Assembly: GCA_036782775.1 (NCBI GenBank)
Contig: DAIPYJ010000011.1
Span: 1,317-65,316 of the forward strand
Direction: 5' to 3'
Length of the DNA: 64,000 nucleotides
From: Candidatus Dormiibacterota bacterium
GTDB lineage: Bacteria; Chloroflexota; Dormibacteria; CF-121
Positions 9,941-18,637 of this stretch are shown here, in pieces. Positions within the stretch are counted from its first letter, which is position 1. Each line of letters opens with the position of its first letter. The notes under the pieces are model-generated. The model had not been told where the DNA came from and made no database searches. It saw nothing but the letters and a program-made list of their open reading frames with translations. The translations under genes and the position numbers were made by a program.

Positions 9941-12900
9941 TCAGGACACCTTCTCCGTTCCGCTGCGGGTGGGCGCGGCGAGCCGGTAGGCGCGGACCGC
10001 CTGGGGAAAGCCTTTGAGCGTGAGCGACTCCTCGCTCACGCGCAGTTCCTGGCTCTCGAGCCAATCGCGCGTGCGCCGATAGGCCTCCTCACTCATCAGG
10101 ACCTCCCCGCCGTGCACGACAGCCTGCAGCCGGGCGGCGAGGTTGATCGTCTCGCCGACCGCGGTCACCGGCGAGCCCTGGCTGAACTGGCCGACGACAG
10201 CGGGCCCCACGGCGATGCCGATGCCGACCGGAACGCCGGCGAAGGCCGCCTTCTCGCGAATCGCCACCGCCGCCTGCAGCGCCTGGACCGGATGGTCGAG
10301 CCGCACGCCGGTGACATTGAAGGTCGCCATGATGGCATCGCCTTCGTAGCGCCCAACCAGTCCCTGGTGCCGGCGGATCTCGTCCTCCGCCCAGCGATAC
10401 AAGCTCGCGATCTGATCGGCGAGCTGGTCCGGCGCTTCGCGCAGAGTCAGCGCCGTGTAATCCCGCACGTCGATGAAGAGAACGGTGACGAGCCGTTCGG
10501 TGGGCTCGCGGATGCCGGCCGGAACTTGCGCTGGCGGCCGGTCGACCGCAGGCTCGGGAATCTCGACCCCCAGCTCGCGCAAAGCCTCGCGTGCACGGCG
10601 GGCCTCCAGCAGATGGCGGCGCGATGTCGCCTCCTCGAGCACGCCGCGCAGCTCCGCTTCAGCGCGATCGCGCTGGCCGGCTCGAGCCAGGGCCTGGGCA
10701 TACACGCGACGAGACGGCCAGGCCTCGTCCAGGTAGACGGCTTCTTGCAGCGCCTTCGCGGCGCGCTCGAGCAGCGGTAGGGCAGCGTCCACGCGATCCT
10801 CGGCCAGCAGGACACGGCCCTCGATACGCCAGAGCAGCGGGTGGCCGCGGAAGCGGTCGGTGATGGCGCTCTCGAGCACCTGGCGCGCGGAACCCAGGTC
10901 GCCGAGGCGGACGAAGGCCTCAGTTACCCGGTCGATCATGTACACCTCGCTCCATTTCTTCGGGTTCTGCCCCAGCGAATCTCGGACGCGTTCCGCGTCG
11001 CGGCGAAGGCCTGCCAGGTCACCAGCCGCCAGGTTCAGCGCCAACCGGATGTAGAGGAGAAACATCACCTCACCCTGCTCAGGGCTGGCCGGCTCCGGCA
11101 AGATGGTCCGGCGGGCGTCCTCGAGACGATCGAGCATCGCGTAAACATAGGCCAGGTCCATCCGCATCCTGGCCGCAAATAGCGCTTCCCCGGCGTCTTC
11201 GAGCTGGGGCAGCGCCGCCTCGAGCAGGGCCCGCGCGCGCTCCGGCTCGCCGTCGGCGCGCACAGCCAACTCAGCCAGTTGATGCAAATAACTCGGCTCA
11301 CGCGCGCGGCTCGGATCGCTGCGAGCCTGGTAATGGGCCAGACGCTCTTTTGCCTGGCGGATCCGGCAAAAATGGACGTAGTCGCCGATCGAGTTGTACA
11401 TCGCGGTCTCCGCCATCCAGTCGAAGCCCCGCTCGATGGCTTCGAGATAGCTGCGGTCGAGCCACGCCAGACCTTCCTCGATCTTCCCCATCGCCGCCAG
11501 GTTGTCACCGACATAGCCATAGGCGAAGATGCGGGCCGCATCGGCGCCCGCGGCTTCGGCGATCATCACTGCCTTGTGGGCCAGCTCGAAGCCGCGTTCA
11601 TGGTCTTTGTCGAAGCCGGCAAGGCCGCCGAGCCGAACATAGGCGATGGCAAGATCGGCGCTCGGTCCATACGGCTCGAGCGTGACGCGCGCCTGCTCAT
11701 ACTCGCGATACGCGAGGTCGGGGCGTGCCTGTAGCCAGTAGCAACGTCCAAGCCAGAGGCGAAAGCTCGCGGCTTCCTGCGTTTTTCCGCAGCGTTCCAG
11801 GGCTGCGATTCCCTCGTCGAGATATCGTTGTCCGCGGCGGGACTCGCCGGCGAAGAAATAGGCACGGCCCATCGCGCTGAGCAACTTGGCGCGCTCGCAA
11901 CGGTCGGTAACGCGATCGACGATGCGCTCGTAGATCTGGGCGGCGTCCATGTACGCGCGGTCGGCTTCCGCCTCGCGCGCGGCCTCGAGCGCCACAGGAA
12001 CGGCCGCTTCCCACTGGCCGGCGGCCATCAGGTGATGAGCGAGCTCATGCTTGTCGACGCCGGGCGACGACTCGAGCGCCCTCGCGGCGGAGGCATGGAG
12101 CCGCTCCTTTTCCGGGGTGATCAAGTCGTCGTAGATCGCCTCCCTGGTAAGCGCGTGCCGGAATCGATAGCGGCCGGACGGCTCCTCGTCCATCAGCTGG
12201 CTGTTGACGAAGGCACGCAGGGCGTGCAGCACCGTCGGTTCTGGCTGCGCCGAAACGGCCACCAGCAGCCGGTAGTCGAAGGACCGGCCGAGCACCGCGG
12301 CGGCGCGGAGAATGCCGCCGAGCTCTTCGCTCATGCGCTCGACCCGCAGAAGGATTGCGTGCTTGACGGTCGACGGCAGCCGCAGGTCATGAATTGCCTT
12401 GCGGTCCCAGCCGCCGTCGGTCAGGAAGATGTCGCCGCGATCGAGCGCGGCCTTGAGGAACTCCTCGAGCACAAAGGGATTGCCTTCCGTCCGGAGAAAG
12501 AGGAAATCGCGCAGGTCCGGTGCAACCGGGGCGCGATCGAAGATGGCGCTCACCATCGCCTCGACGCCCGCCGGCGCCAGCGGCGGCAGGTGGATCGCGG
12601 TCATCGCCCCACTCCGTTCCCAGCCCTGGACGAGGGGCAGCAACGGATGACGGCGGTTGACCTCGTCGCTTCGATAGGTCGCGAGCACCAGGATTCGAGT
12701 CCGGCGGCGGATTCGCCGCACGATGTACTCGAGCAGCTCGCGGCTGGAGGCATCCGCCCAGTGCAGGTCCTCGAGCACCAGCAGCATTCCCTGTCGCGCG
12801 GCAAGCGCGCGCAGCAGCGCCAGCATCGCTTCGTAGAGGCGCACCTTTGCCTGATTCGGCTCGCCCGGATCGATCAGCGAGGTCTGCAGCTCGAACTGCG

Positions 12901-13234
12901 GCAGGATCTGGCTCAGCTGCCGGCAGGTCCCCGGACCGAGCTCGAGGCGAATGGGCTCGAGATCGACGCCGGCCAGGTAATTGCCGATCGCCTCCACGAA
13001 TGGCAGGTAAGGCAGCGCCATCTCGGCTTCACTGGTGCTGCCAGAGAGCACCAGGATGCCGGCGCGCCGGGCGCGCATCTTCAGCTCGTTGACCAAACGG
13101 GTTTTGCCGACGCCGGCATCGCCGGCAATCAAGACGGCCTGGCCGTCGCCCCGGTGGGCTGCGACCAATGCGTCTTCCAGCAGGCTCAGTTCGGCGTCGC
13201 GGCCGATCAGGACGGGGCAGAGCGCGCGTTCCAT
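9941..13234 (-). CDS. STAND-type (AAA_16) ATPase + TPR-like helical region + C-terminal class III nucleotide cyclase
   Basis: Walker A GDAGVGKT, Walker B LVLEDLHWAD, FRHALTREAIY; cyclase motifs LFIDVRDYT, YEGDAIMA, GETINLAARLQ; GGAGG RBS before ATG 13234. Confidence 0.88.
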   Translation of the reverse strand: MERALCPVLIGRDAELSLLEDALVAAHRGDGQAVLIAGDAGVGKTRLVNELKMRARRAGILVLSGSTSEAEMALPYLPFVEAIGNYLAGVDLEPIRLELGPGTCRQLSQILPQFELQTSLIDPGEPNQAKVRLYEAMLALLRALAARQGMLLVLEDLHWADASSRELLEYIVRRIRRRTRILVLATYRSDEVNRRHPLLPLVQGWERSGAMTAIHLPPLAPAGVEAMVSAIFDRAPVAPDLRDFLFLRTEGNPFVLEEFLKAALDRGDIFLTDGGWDRKAIHDLRLPSTVKHAILLRVERMSEELGGILRAAAVLGRSFDYRLLVAVSAQPEPTVLHALRAFVNSQLMDEEPSGRYRFRHALTREAIYDDLITPEKERLHASAARALESSPGVDKHELAHHLMAAGQWEAAVPVALEAAREAEADRAYMDAAQIYERIVDRVTDRCERAKLLSAMGRAYFFAGESRRGQRYLDEGIAALERCGKTQEAASFRLWLGRCYWLQARPDLAYREYEQARVTLEPYGPSADLAIAYVRLGGLAGFDKDHERGFELAHKAVMIAEAAGADAARIFAYGYVGDNLAAMGKIEEGLAWLDRSYLEAIERGFDWMAETAMYNSIGDYVHFCRIRQAKERLAHYQARSDPSRAREPSYLHQLAELAVRADGEPERARALLEAALPQLEDAGEALFAARMRMDLAYVYAMLDRLEDARRTILPEPASPEQGEVMFLLYIRLALNLAAGDLAGLRRDAERVRDSLGQNPKKWSEVYMIDRVTEAFVRLGDLGSARQVLESAITDRFRGHPLLWRIEGRVLLAEDRVDAALPLLERAAKALQEAVYLDEAWPSRRVYAQALARAGQRDRAEAELRGVLEEATSRRHLLEARRAREALRELGVEIPEPAVDRPPAQVPAGIREPTERLVTVLFIDVRDYTALTLREAPDQLADQIASLYRWAEDEIRRHQGLVGRYEGDAIMATFNVTGVRLDHPVQALQAAVAIREKAAFAGVPVGIGIAVGPAVVGQFSQGSPVTAVGETINLAARLQAVVHGGEVLMSEEAYRRTRDWLESQELRVSEESLTLKGFPQAVRAYRLAAPTRSGTEKVS

Positions 13235-13313
13235 GCGCCTCCATCTTATGAGCGTCATTTGGACGCGGTTCTAAATGAGTTGCGACCTCTGCCGATGGGC
13301 CTGCCTATGATCG

Positions 13314-14393
13314 ATGGTGATGGCATCCAACGATGCGGCGGTCCAGGAACGGGACGCGGCGCTGCAGGCCCTGGTCGACCGGGCCGGCGACGATGGCTGC
13401 ATCAACCTCTCGGAAGTCACTCACGTCATTCGGGGGCTGGGGCTCGATGACGAAGGCGGCGAAGAGTTTTTGGCCGAACTCCAGGGGCGCGGCCTCGATG
13501 TGCGCGACGACTGCGGCGCCGAAACGGCCCCGGCCTCGCACTACGACAACGAAGACCTGGCGATGGTTACCGCCGACGCGGTCGGCGTTTTTCTGAACGA
13601 ACTCCGCCGCTTCCCGCTGCTGACTGCCGCCGAAGAGGTCGAGCTCGCCAAGCGGATCGAGCGGGGCGATCAGGAGGCGCGCCACCGGATGATCAACTCG
13701 AACCTGCGGCTCGTCGTCTCGGTCGCTCGCCGCTACCAGCATCGGGGGTTGACCCTGATCGACCTGATCCAGGAAGGCGTGCTCGGCTTGATTCGTGCCG
13801 TCGACAAGTTCGACTGGCGGCGCGGCTACAAGTTCTCGACCTATGCCACCTGGTGGGTTCGGCAGGCGGTGCAGCGCGGGTTGGAAACCCGCGGTCGTGA
13901 GATCCGCATGCCCTCGAATGTCCTCGACGTGGAGCGAAAGATGGCGCGGGCCGAGCCGGAGCTGACCCATACGCTGCGGCGGGCGCCGACCAACAAGGAA
14001 CTGGCCGACGCGATCGGCGTGACCGCCGCCCAGGTGGCGACCGTCCGCGCTGCCGCCCGCACCGTGACCAGCCTGGACCGGCCGATTTCGAGCGATGCCG
14101 ACGCGGCGCCGCTGGCGGAGTTCGTGCCGCACACGGCGCCGGGACCCGAAGAGCGGTTGACGCTGGCCCTCACCGAGCAGAAGCTTCGCGCCGCGATCCA
14201 GACCCTGCCCGACGATGAACGCCACGTCATCGAACTGCGCTTCGGCGTCGACGGCGAGGCGCAACCGCTGGGCGTTAGGGAGATCGCCCGCCGGCTTGGC
14301 ATGACGGCGCGTCGCGTGCAGAGCCTCGAGGCGCGCGGCCTCGAGCGCCTGTCGCTCAACCGCGAGATCCAGGCGCTTCGGGACGCCGCGTAG
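13314..14393 (+). CDS. Sigma-70 family RNA polymerase sigma factor (RpoD/SigB-like group)
   Basis: NLRLVVSVARRY, DLIQEG, KFSTYATWWVRQ (region 2) and region 4 HTH. Confidence 0.92.
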   Translation: MVMASNDAAVQERDAALQALVDRAGDDGCINLSEVTHVIRGLGLDDEGGEEFLAELQGRGLDVRDDCGAETAPASHYDNEDLAMVTADAVGVFLNELRRFPLLTAAEEVELAKRIERGDQEARHRMINSNLRLVVSVARRYQHRGLTLIDLIQEGVLGLIRAVDKFDWRRGYKFSTYATWWVRQAVQRGLETRGREIRMPSNVLDVERKMARAEPELTHTLRRAPTNKELADAIGVTAAQVATVRAAARTVTSLDRPISSDADAAPLAEFVPHTAPGPEERLTLALTEQKLRAAIQTLPDDERHVIELRFGVDGEAQPLGVREIARRLGMTARRVQSLEARGLERLSLNREIQALRDAA

Positions 14394-14436
14394 ACCCCTC
14401 CCCGTACCCCCTCCCCGTAAACGGTGCGGGGGGATA
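14394..14436. repeat. Duplicated CCCCTCCCCGTA motif with a G-rich complement between convergent genes (REP-like / terminator-like)
   Basis: accccTccccgta-ccccctccccgtaaacggtgcgggggg lies between the stops of the sigma factor and MoaD-like genes. Confidence 0.4.
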
Positions 14437-14442
14437 CCGGCA

Positions 14443-14739
14443 TCAGCCGCCCGCGATTGCTCCGACGACCATCAGCGGCTCCGTCCCGCTGTTGACTTCG
14501 GTTGGCAGCGGCGCGTCCGGAGACTCGTTCGATAAATCCTGCTGGCAGGCAAAGAAGCGAATGAACGCGCGCCGCTGCTGCGTCGTATGGTCACGAATCG
14601 TGCCCTCCAGCATCGGATAGCGCGATTCCAGGGCGTTCAGCACCGACCGTTGGGTGACCGGCGCCGGCACCTCGAGCGTGACCTCGCCCGACACGTTCGC
14701 CAGCCGCCGGAGATGCGCCGGCAGCAGCACGCGAATCAC
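14443..14739 (-). CDS. MoaD/ThiS family ubiquitin-like sulfur-carrier protein
   Basis: 98 aa with C-terminal GAIAGG; start overlaps the stop of the upstream gene (GTGA). Confidence 0.9.
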   Translation of the reverse strand: MIRVLLPAHLRRLANVSGEVTLEVPAPVTQRSVLNALESRYPMLEGTIRDHTTQQRRAFIRFFACQQDLSNESPDAPLPTEVNSGTEPLMVVGAIAGG

Positions 14740-15851
14740 GGCAACGTCTGGGCTTCGACCGAGAACACCGCCGGGAGATCACGCACGATCGGCTTCCAGG
14801 TGTCGCCGCCGTCGGCCGATCCATAGACCTGTCCGCCGGTGGTGCCGAAATAGACGCCCGCCGGATCGAGCCCGTCCACCGAGCTGGCGTCGCGCAGGAT
14901 GTTGACGTAGCAATCGGTCTGCGGCAAGCCCTTGGTCAGCGCCTCCCAGTCATCGCCGCCCTTCTTGCTGCGATAAACGCGCAGTTTGCCGTCCGGCGTG
15001 AAGTGCTCGCTGTCGCTCTTGATCGGGAAAACGTAGATCGTCTCGGGATCGTTGGGATTCACTTCAATGGTGAAACCGAAGTCGGTGGGCAGGTTGCCGC
15101 TGATTTCACGCCAGTTTTCGGCGCAATCATCGGTTCGCATCACGTCCCAATGTTTTTGCATGAAGAGGGTTTCCGGTCGCGATGGGTGCATGGCGATCCG
15201 GTGGACACAATGCCCGACTTCCGCTGTGGGATTCGGGATGTACTCGGAACGGAGGCCCTTGTTGGCCGGCTTCCAGCTGTTGCCGCCGTCATCGCTGCGG
15301 AGGACGCCGGCTGACGAAATCGCGACGTAGATCCTGTCGTTGTTCGCGGGATCGAACAGGATCGTGTGCAGGCAAAGGCCGCCCGCGCCCGGCGCCCACG
15401 ACGGACCGGTTGGATGCTTGCGGAGCGCCGGCATTTCGGCCCAGGTCTGTCCGCCATCGGTGGTTTTGAAGAGCGCGGCGTCCTCGACGCCGGCATAGAC
15501 CGTGTCCGGATCCTTGGCCGAGGGCTCGAGGTGCCAGACACGCTTGAATGCCCAGGGTCTCGGCGTGCCGTCGTAATAGAGGTGGGTGCCCGGGTCGCCC
15601 TCGTAGACAAACTTGTTCCCAACCGGCTCCCAGGTCTTACCTCCGTCGTTGGAGCGCTGGATCAACTGGCCGAACCAACCGGTCGACTGGGAGAGATAGA
15701 TCCGGTCAGGATCGACGGGCGAGGCCTTCAGGTGATAAACCTCCCAGCCGCCGAAATGCGGTCCCGAGACATCCCACCGCTCTCTCTTGGCGTCCGACGT
15801 CAGCACGAACGCCCCCTTGTGGGTTCCGACCAGCACGCGAACTCCGCTCAT
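14736..15851 (-). CDS. BNR/Asp-box beta-propeller protein (exo-alpha-sialidase-like)
   Basis: Repeated S-x-D-G-G-x-T-W boxes ([32 protein letters not shown]); GGAG RBS. Confidence 0.88.
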   Translation of the reverse strand: MSGVRVLVGTHKGAFVLTSDAKRERWDVSGPHFGGWEVYHLKASPVDPDRIYLSQSTGWFGQLIQRSNDGGKTWEPVGNKFVYEGDPGTHLYYDGTPRPWAFKRVWHLEPSAKDPDTVYAGVEDAALFKTTDGGQTWAEMPALRKHPTGPSWAPGAGGLCLHTILFDPANNDRIYVAISSAGVLRSDDGGNSWKPANKGLRSEYIPNPTAEVGHCVHRIAMHPSRPETLFMQKHWDVMRTDDCAENWREISGNLPTDFGFTIEVNPNDPETIYVFPIKSDSEHFTPDGKLRVYRSKKGGDDWEALTKGLPQTDCYVNILRDASSVDGLDPAGVYFGTTGGQVYGSADGGDTWKPIVRDLPAVFSVEAQTLP

Positions 15852-15940
15852 CCCGCTCCTCCTTTGACCTCCGGCGCTAGCTCCTGGATGGTACCTGCCT
15901 TCATAGACCGGTTCAGTGAACCAAATTCATCGGCTCCATT

Positions 15941-15972
15941 GCCGACTGCGGTCGCCGACTGCGGTCGCCGAC
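15941..15972. repeat. Short tandem repeat GCCGACTGCGGTC x2.5
   Basis: Units at 15941-15953 and 15954-15966, partial at 15967-15972; intergenic. Confidence 0.8.
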
Positions 15973-16140
15973 AGCCGCCGATAAACGGTAGGCGACCGAG
16001 AGAAAAAACGACGATCGGCCGAGGCGTTAGTTCTGCTAACCAGCCAGTAAGGCAAACACGTCGATGGCTTGTCGCATTTGGGGAGTCGAACTGCGCCTTG
16101 CCATCGGATGCCGTACCAAATACCGTGTCAATCGGGGAAG

Positions 16141-16533
16141 ATGGGCGAGGTCAACGCCGGTTTGGCAGCGGCGAGGAGGCATCAGGTCCTGGTCGTCGAT
16201 GATGACGCGGACGTTCGCACCATGCTCCGGACCCAGCTCGAAATCGATGGTTACCAGGTACTGGAAGCTCCCGATGGTAACCGGGGGTGGAAAATGATCC
16301 AGCAGTATCATCCCGCAGTGGTAATCGCGGACGTTCACATGCCGCATCGCAGCGGCCTCGAGCTTTGCCGAATCGCCCGGGCGGCCGGCTTCAAGGACAC
16401 CGGCTTTGTGGCATTCACGGCGGGAATGGCCTCGGCCGAGGAGTGCCGCGCCGCCGGATTCGATGCCCATTTCCTCAAAACCGACCCATTGCCGAGCCTC
16501 TCGCGGATGGTCCAGCAACTCCTCTACCGCTAG
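16141..16533 (+). CDS. Stand-alone response regulator receiver (CheY-like)
   Basis: VLVVDDD and ADVHMP motifs; no output domain. Confidence 0.85.
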   Translation: MGEVNAGLAAARRHQVLVVDDDADVRTMLRTQLEIDGYQVLEAPDGNRGWKMIQQYHPAVVIADVHMPHRSGLELCRIARAAGFKDTGFVAFTAGMASAEECRAAGFDAHFLKTDPLPSLSRMVQQLLYR

Positions 16534-16561
16534 CTCCTTGGCGTCCATCGGCACTCGGTTG

Positions 16562-17026
16562 ATGACCGACGACGACTGGCCGGCGGTCCGACAGATCTAC
16601 GCCGAAGGAATCGCGACCGGGGATGCGACGTTCGAAACGGAGCCGCCGACGCGGGAGCGCTTCCGGGCGGCACACATCCCCAACTTGACCCTGGTTGCCG
16701 AGCGAGCCGGCCGGGTGGTCGGGTGGGCAGCCGCCGGACGGGTCAGCGATCGGTGCGCCTACGAGGGCGTGGCCGAGCACAGTGTCTACGTCGCCGCCCG
16801 CGAGCGCGGAAGCGGAGTTGGCCGTGTGGTTCTCACGGCATTGATCGAGGCGAGCGAGCAACAGGGGATCTGGACCCTGCAGTCCGGCATCTTTCCGGAA
16901 AACACCGCCAGCCTCGCGTTGCACAAGGCCTGCGGATTCCGCGTCGTCGGATTGCGCGAGCGGCTCGGGAAGCACCACGGGGTCTGGCGCGATGTGCTCC
17001 TGCTCGAGCGGCGGATGGCCGAATGA
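16562..17026 (+). CDS. GNAT N-acetyltransferase (phosphinothricin acetyltransferase/YncA-like)
   Basis: ATFETEPP, EHSVYV, RGSGVG, NTASLALHKACGF motifs. Confidence 0.9.
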   Translation: MTDDDWPAVRQIYAEGIATGDATFETEPPTRERFRAAHIPNLTLVAERAGRVVGWAAAGRVSDRCAYEGVAEHSVYVAARERGSGVGRVVLTALIEASEQQGIWTLQSGIFPENTASLALHKACGFRVVGLRERLGKHHGVWRDVLLLERRMAE

Positions 17027-17187
17027 CGATCCTCGATCAACGCAAATCACTGGACCTGCAGCCGGCGGGAGGAGCTGCCGGTGCCGTGTACGATCGGCCG
17101 ATCGGCCTGCGCCTCTTATATAAGGATGCGACCTCAGGCGAGGAGCACTACCTTCTGCGCATTTCCCAGCTGGGTTTTGGACACTAA
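17023..17187 (+). pseudogene. Truncated, probably frameshifted small-protein remnant (cupin-like)
   Basis: YDRPIGLRLLYKDATSGEEHYLLR then drifts; an alternative frame continues FPAG. Family assignment is from recollection only. Confidence 0.45.
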
Positions 17188-17190
17188 CCG

Positions 17191-17844
17191 GTGAAGCTAC
17201 TCGGTGTCGCAGTCCTCGGGATCGGGTCTGCCGTGGCAGCCGGTCTCTGGGCTGGAGGGCACCTGATCGCTCGCGAGACCGTCGGCGCGGTCCAGGGCAA
17301 TGCTCGGCTGATCGGATATGCATCGGTTGTCCTGCTCCTGCCGCTCGCAGCAGAAGTGGTTACGGGTGTCCAGCTTGGGCTGCTTGCGCACGCCCTGATC
17401 GGCTTCCTCCTCATCCCACCGCTTGTGATCAAGCTCGGCAGCGTGGGGTATCGCTTCGCCCGGTACTACGCGGGTGATCGTCACTACCGGTTGGCTGGGC
17501 CACCCGAACCGGTCATGCGCGTGCTCGGAGCCGGGCTGGTTCTTCTGACCATCGTGCTCTTCGCAAGCGGCATCGAGCTGTGGCTGTTCGGCTACCGCTT
17601 TGGCCAGCAGTGGGCGACCTGGCACAAGGCCGCGTTCGTCTTGTGGTTCCTCGTCGTCATCGTCCACGTGGTTGCGTATGTTCCTCGCGCCGCCGACCTG
17701 ACGACGGCGGATTGGCAAAGCCGGCTGCCGGGAGCCTTAAGCCGACAGGCTCTCGTGATTGTCGGTCTCCTTCTAGGCGCCGGGTTGCTCCTTGCCATGC
17801 TGCCCTTCAAGTCACCATTCCTGCCGGCCTTGGGCGGCACTTAG
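17191..17844 (+). CDS. Multi-pass membrane protein with His-bearing TM helices
   Basis: About 6 hydrophobic segments; AHALIGF, WHKAAF and IVHV resemble cytochrome-b-like His ligands. Confidence 0.65.
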   Translation: MKLLGVAVLGIGSAVAAGLWAGGHLIARETVGAVQGNARLIGYASVVLLLPLAAEVVTGVQLGLLAHALIGFLLIPPLVIKLGSVGYRFARYYAGDRHYRLAGPPEPVMRVLGAGLVLLTIVLFASGIELWLFGYRFGQQWATWHKAAFVLWFLVVIVHVVAYVPRAADLTTADWQSRLPGALSRQALVIVGLLLGAGLLLAMLPFKSPFLPALGGT

Positions 17845-17883
17845 CACAACGTTCGGCCGAGCCACAAGCTACCGTTAAATAGG

Positions 17884-18579
17884 ATGCCGGTTCCGATTCG
17901 CGTGATGATCGAACAGGGCAAGAAGAAGGCCGTCGCCTCAGCCTTCGACTGGCCCGGCTGGGACCGAGGCGGCAAGGCTGAGGATGAGGCCTTGACGGTG
18001 CTCGCCAGCTATCGGCCGCGGTACGCCCGGGTGGCGATGCTCACCGGGCTGGGGAAGGCGTTCGGCGCGGCGGGGTCCTTGAGGGTGGTCGAACACGTGC
18101 AAGGAACTGGCATGACCGACTTCTACACCCTGTCGGCCAGGCCGGCGAAGCCGGAACAGAAGCCGATGAGCGAGGCGGAATGCGAGCGAAAGCTGGCTCT
18201 ACTCCGAGCCTGCTGGGCGTACTTTGACGAGGTCGCGTCGCGCGTGTCGGCCGAGTTGCGAAAGGGTCCTCGTGGCGGAGGTCGCGATCGCGACTTGATC
18301 GTCCGTCACGCGAACGGCGCTGAGATCGTCGAATTCGCGCCAAAGGTGGGCGTGATCAGCGCCGTCGAAGCCTGGCAGAAGGCGGACCGGCGCAAACTTC
18401 GGGCTCACCGCGACGCGTTCTGCGCGGCAATCCGGGAGTACAACTCCCGCGGTGCCGCGGCGCGAACCTGGACCGTTCAGTTCGTGATCCGCCGCTGCGC
18501 GTATCACTGCTCGACCACGCCTGGGAAATGGAAGACAAGGATCTCTCGGGCACGCCTCACTCGCCGCGGAAATAATTAA
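17884..18579 (+). CDS. Conserved hypothetical protein with apparent 1-nt deletion near 18508
   Basis: ASAFDWPGW motif; after ...RRCAYH the shifted frame reads (M)LDHAWEMEDKDLSG, a DinB-like H-x3-H ending. Confidence 0.65.
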   Translation: MPVPIRVMIEQGKKKAVASAFDWPGWDRGGKAEDEALTVLASYRPRYARVAMLTGLGKAFGAAGSLRVVEHVQGTGMTDFYTLSARPAKPEQKPMSEAECERKLALLRACWAYFDEVASRVSAELRKGPRGGGRDRDLIVRHANGAEIVEFAPKVGVISAVEAWQKADRRKLRAHRDAFCAAIREYNSRGAAARTWTVQFVIRRCAYHCSTTPGKWKTRISRARLTRRGNN

Positions 18580-18637
18580 CCGCAATCACCAGTCAACGGC
18601 TCCTCGTGAATGCGTCGTACGTTGACCCTGCGCTGGA

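Noticed and set aside
9941-13234. STAND protein as an Avs-type antiphage system
   Set aside because: It is an AAA_16/LAL-like clade with no nuclease or other toxic effector and no defence-island neighbours; signalling is the simpler reading.
11828-13450. 540-aa plus-strand ORF and other long antisense ORFs (13305-14264, 46683-47783, 48623-49684)
   Set aside because: These are high-GC antisense shadows of well-supported genes.
14443-14739. MoaD-like gene (and the MoeX-like radical SAM gene) as evidence of molybdenum cofactor synthesis
   Set aside because: No moaA/C/E, moeA or molybdoenzyme context; the radical SAM protein lacks the MoaA C-terminal Cys cluster.
15941-15980. Tandem 13-mer as a mini-CRISPR
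   Set aside because: No spacers, repeat too short, and no cas genes.
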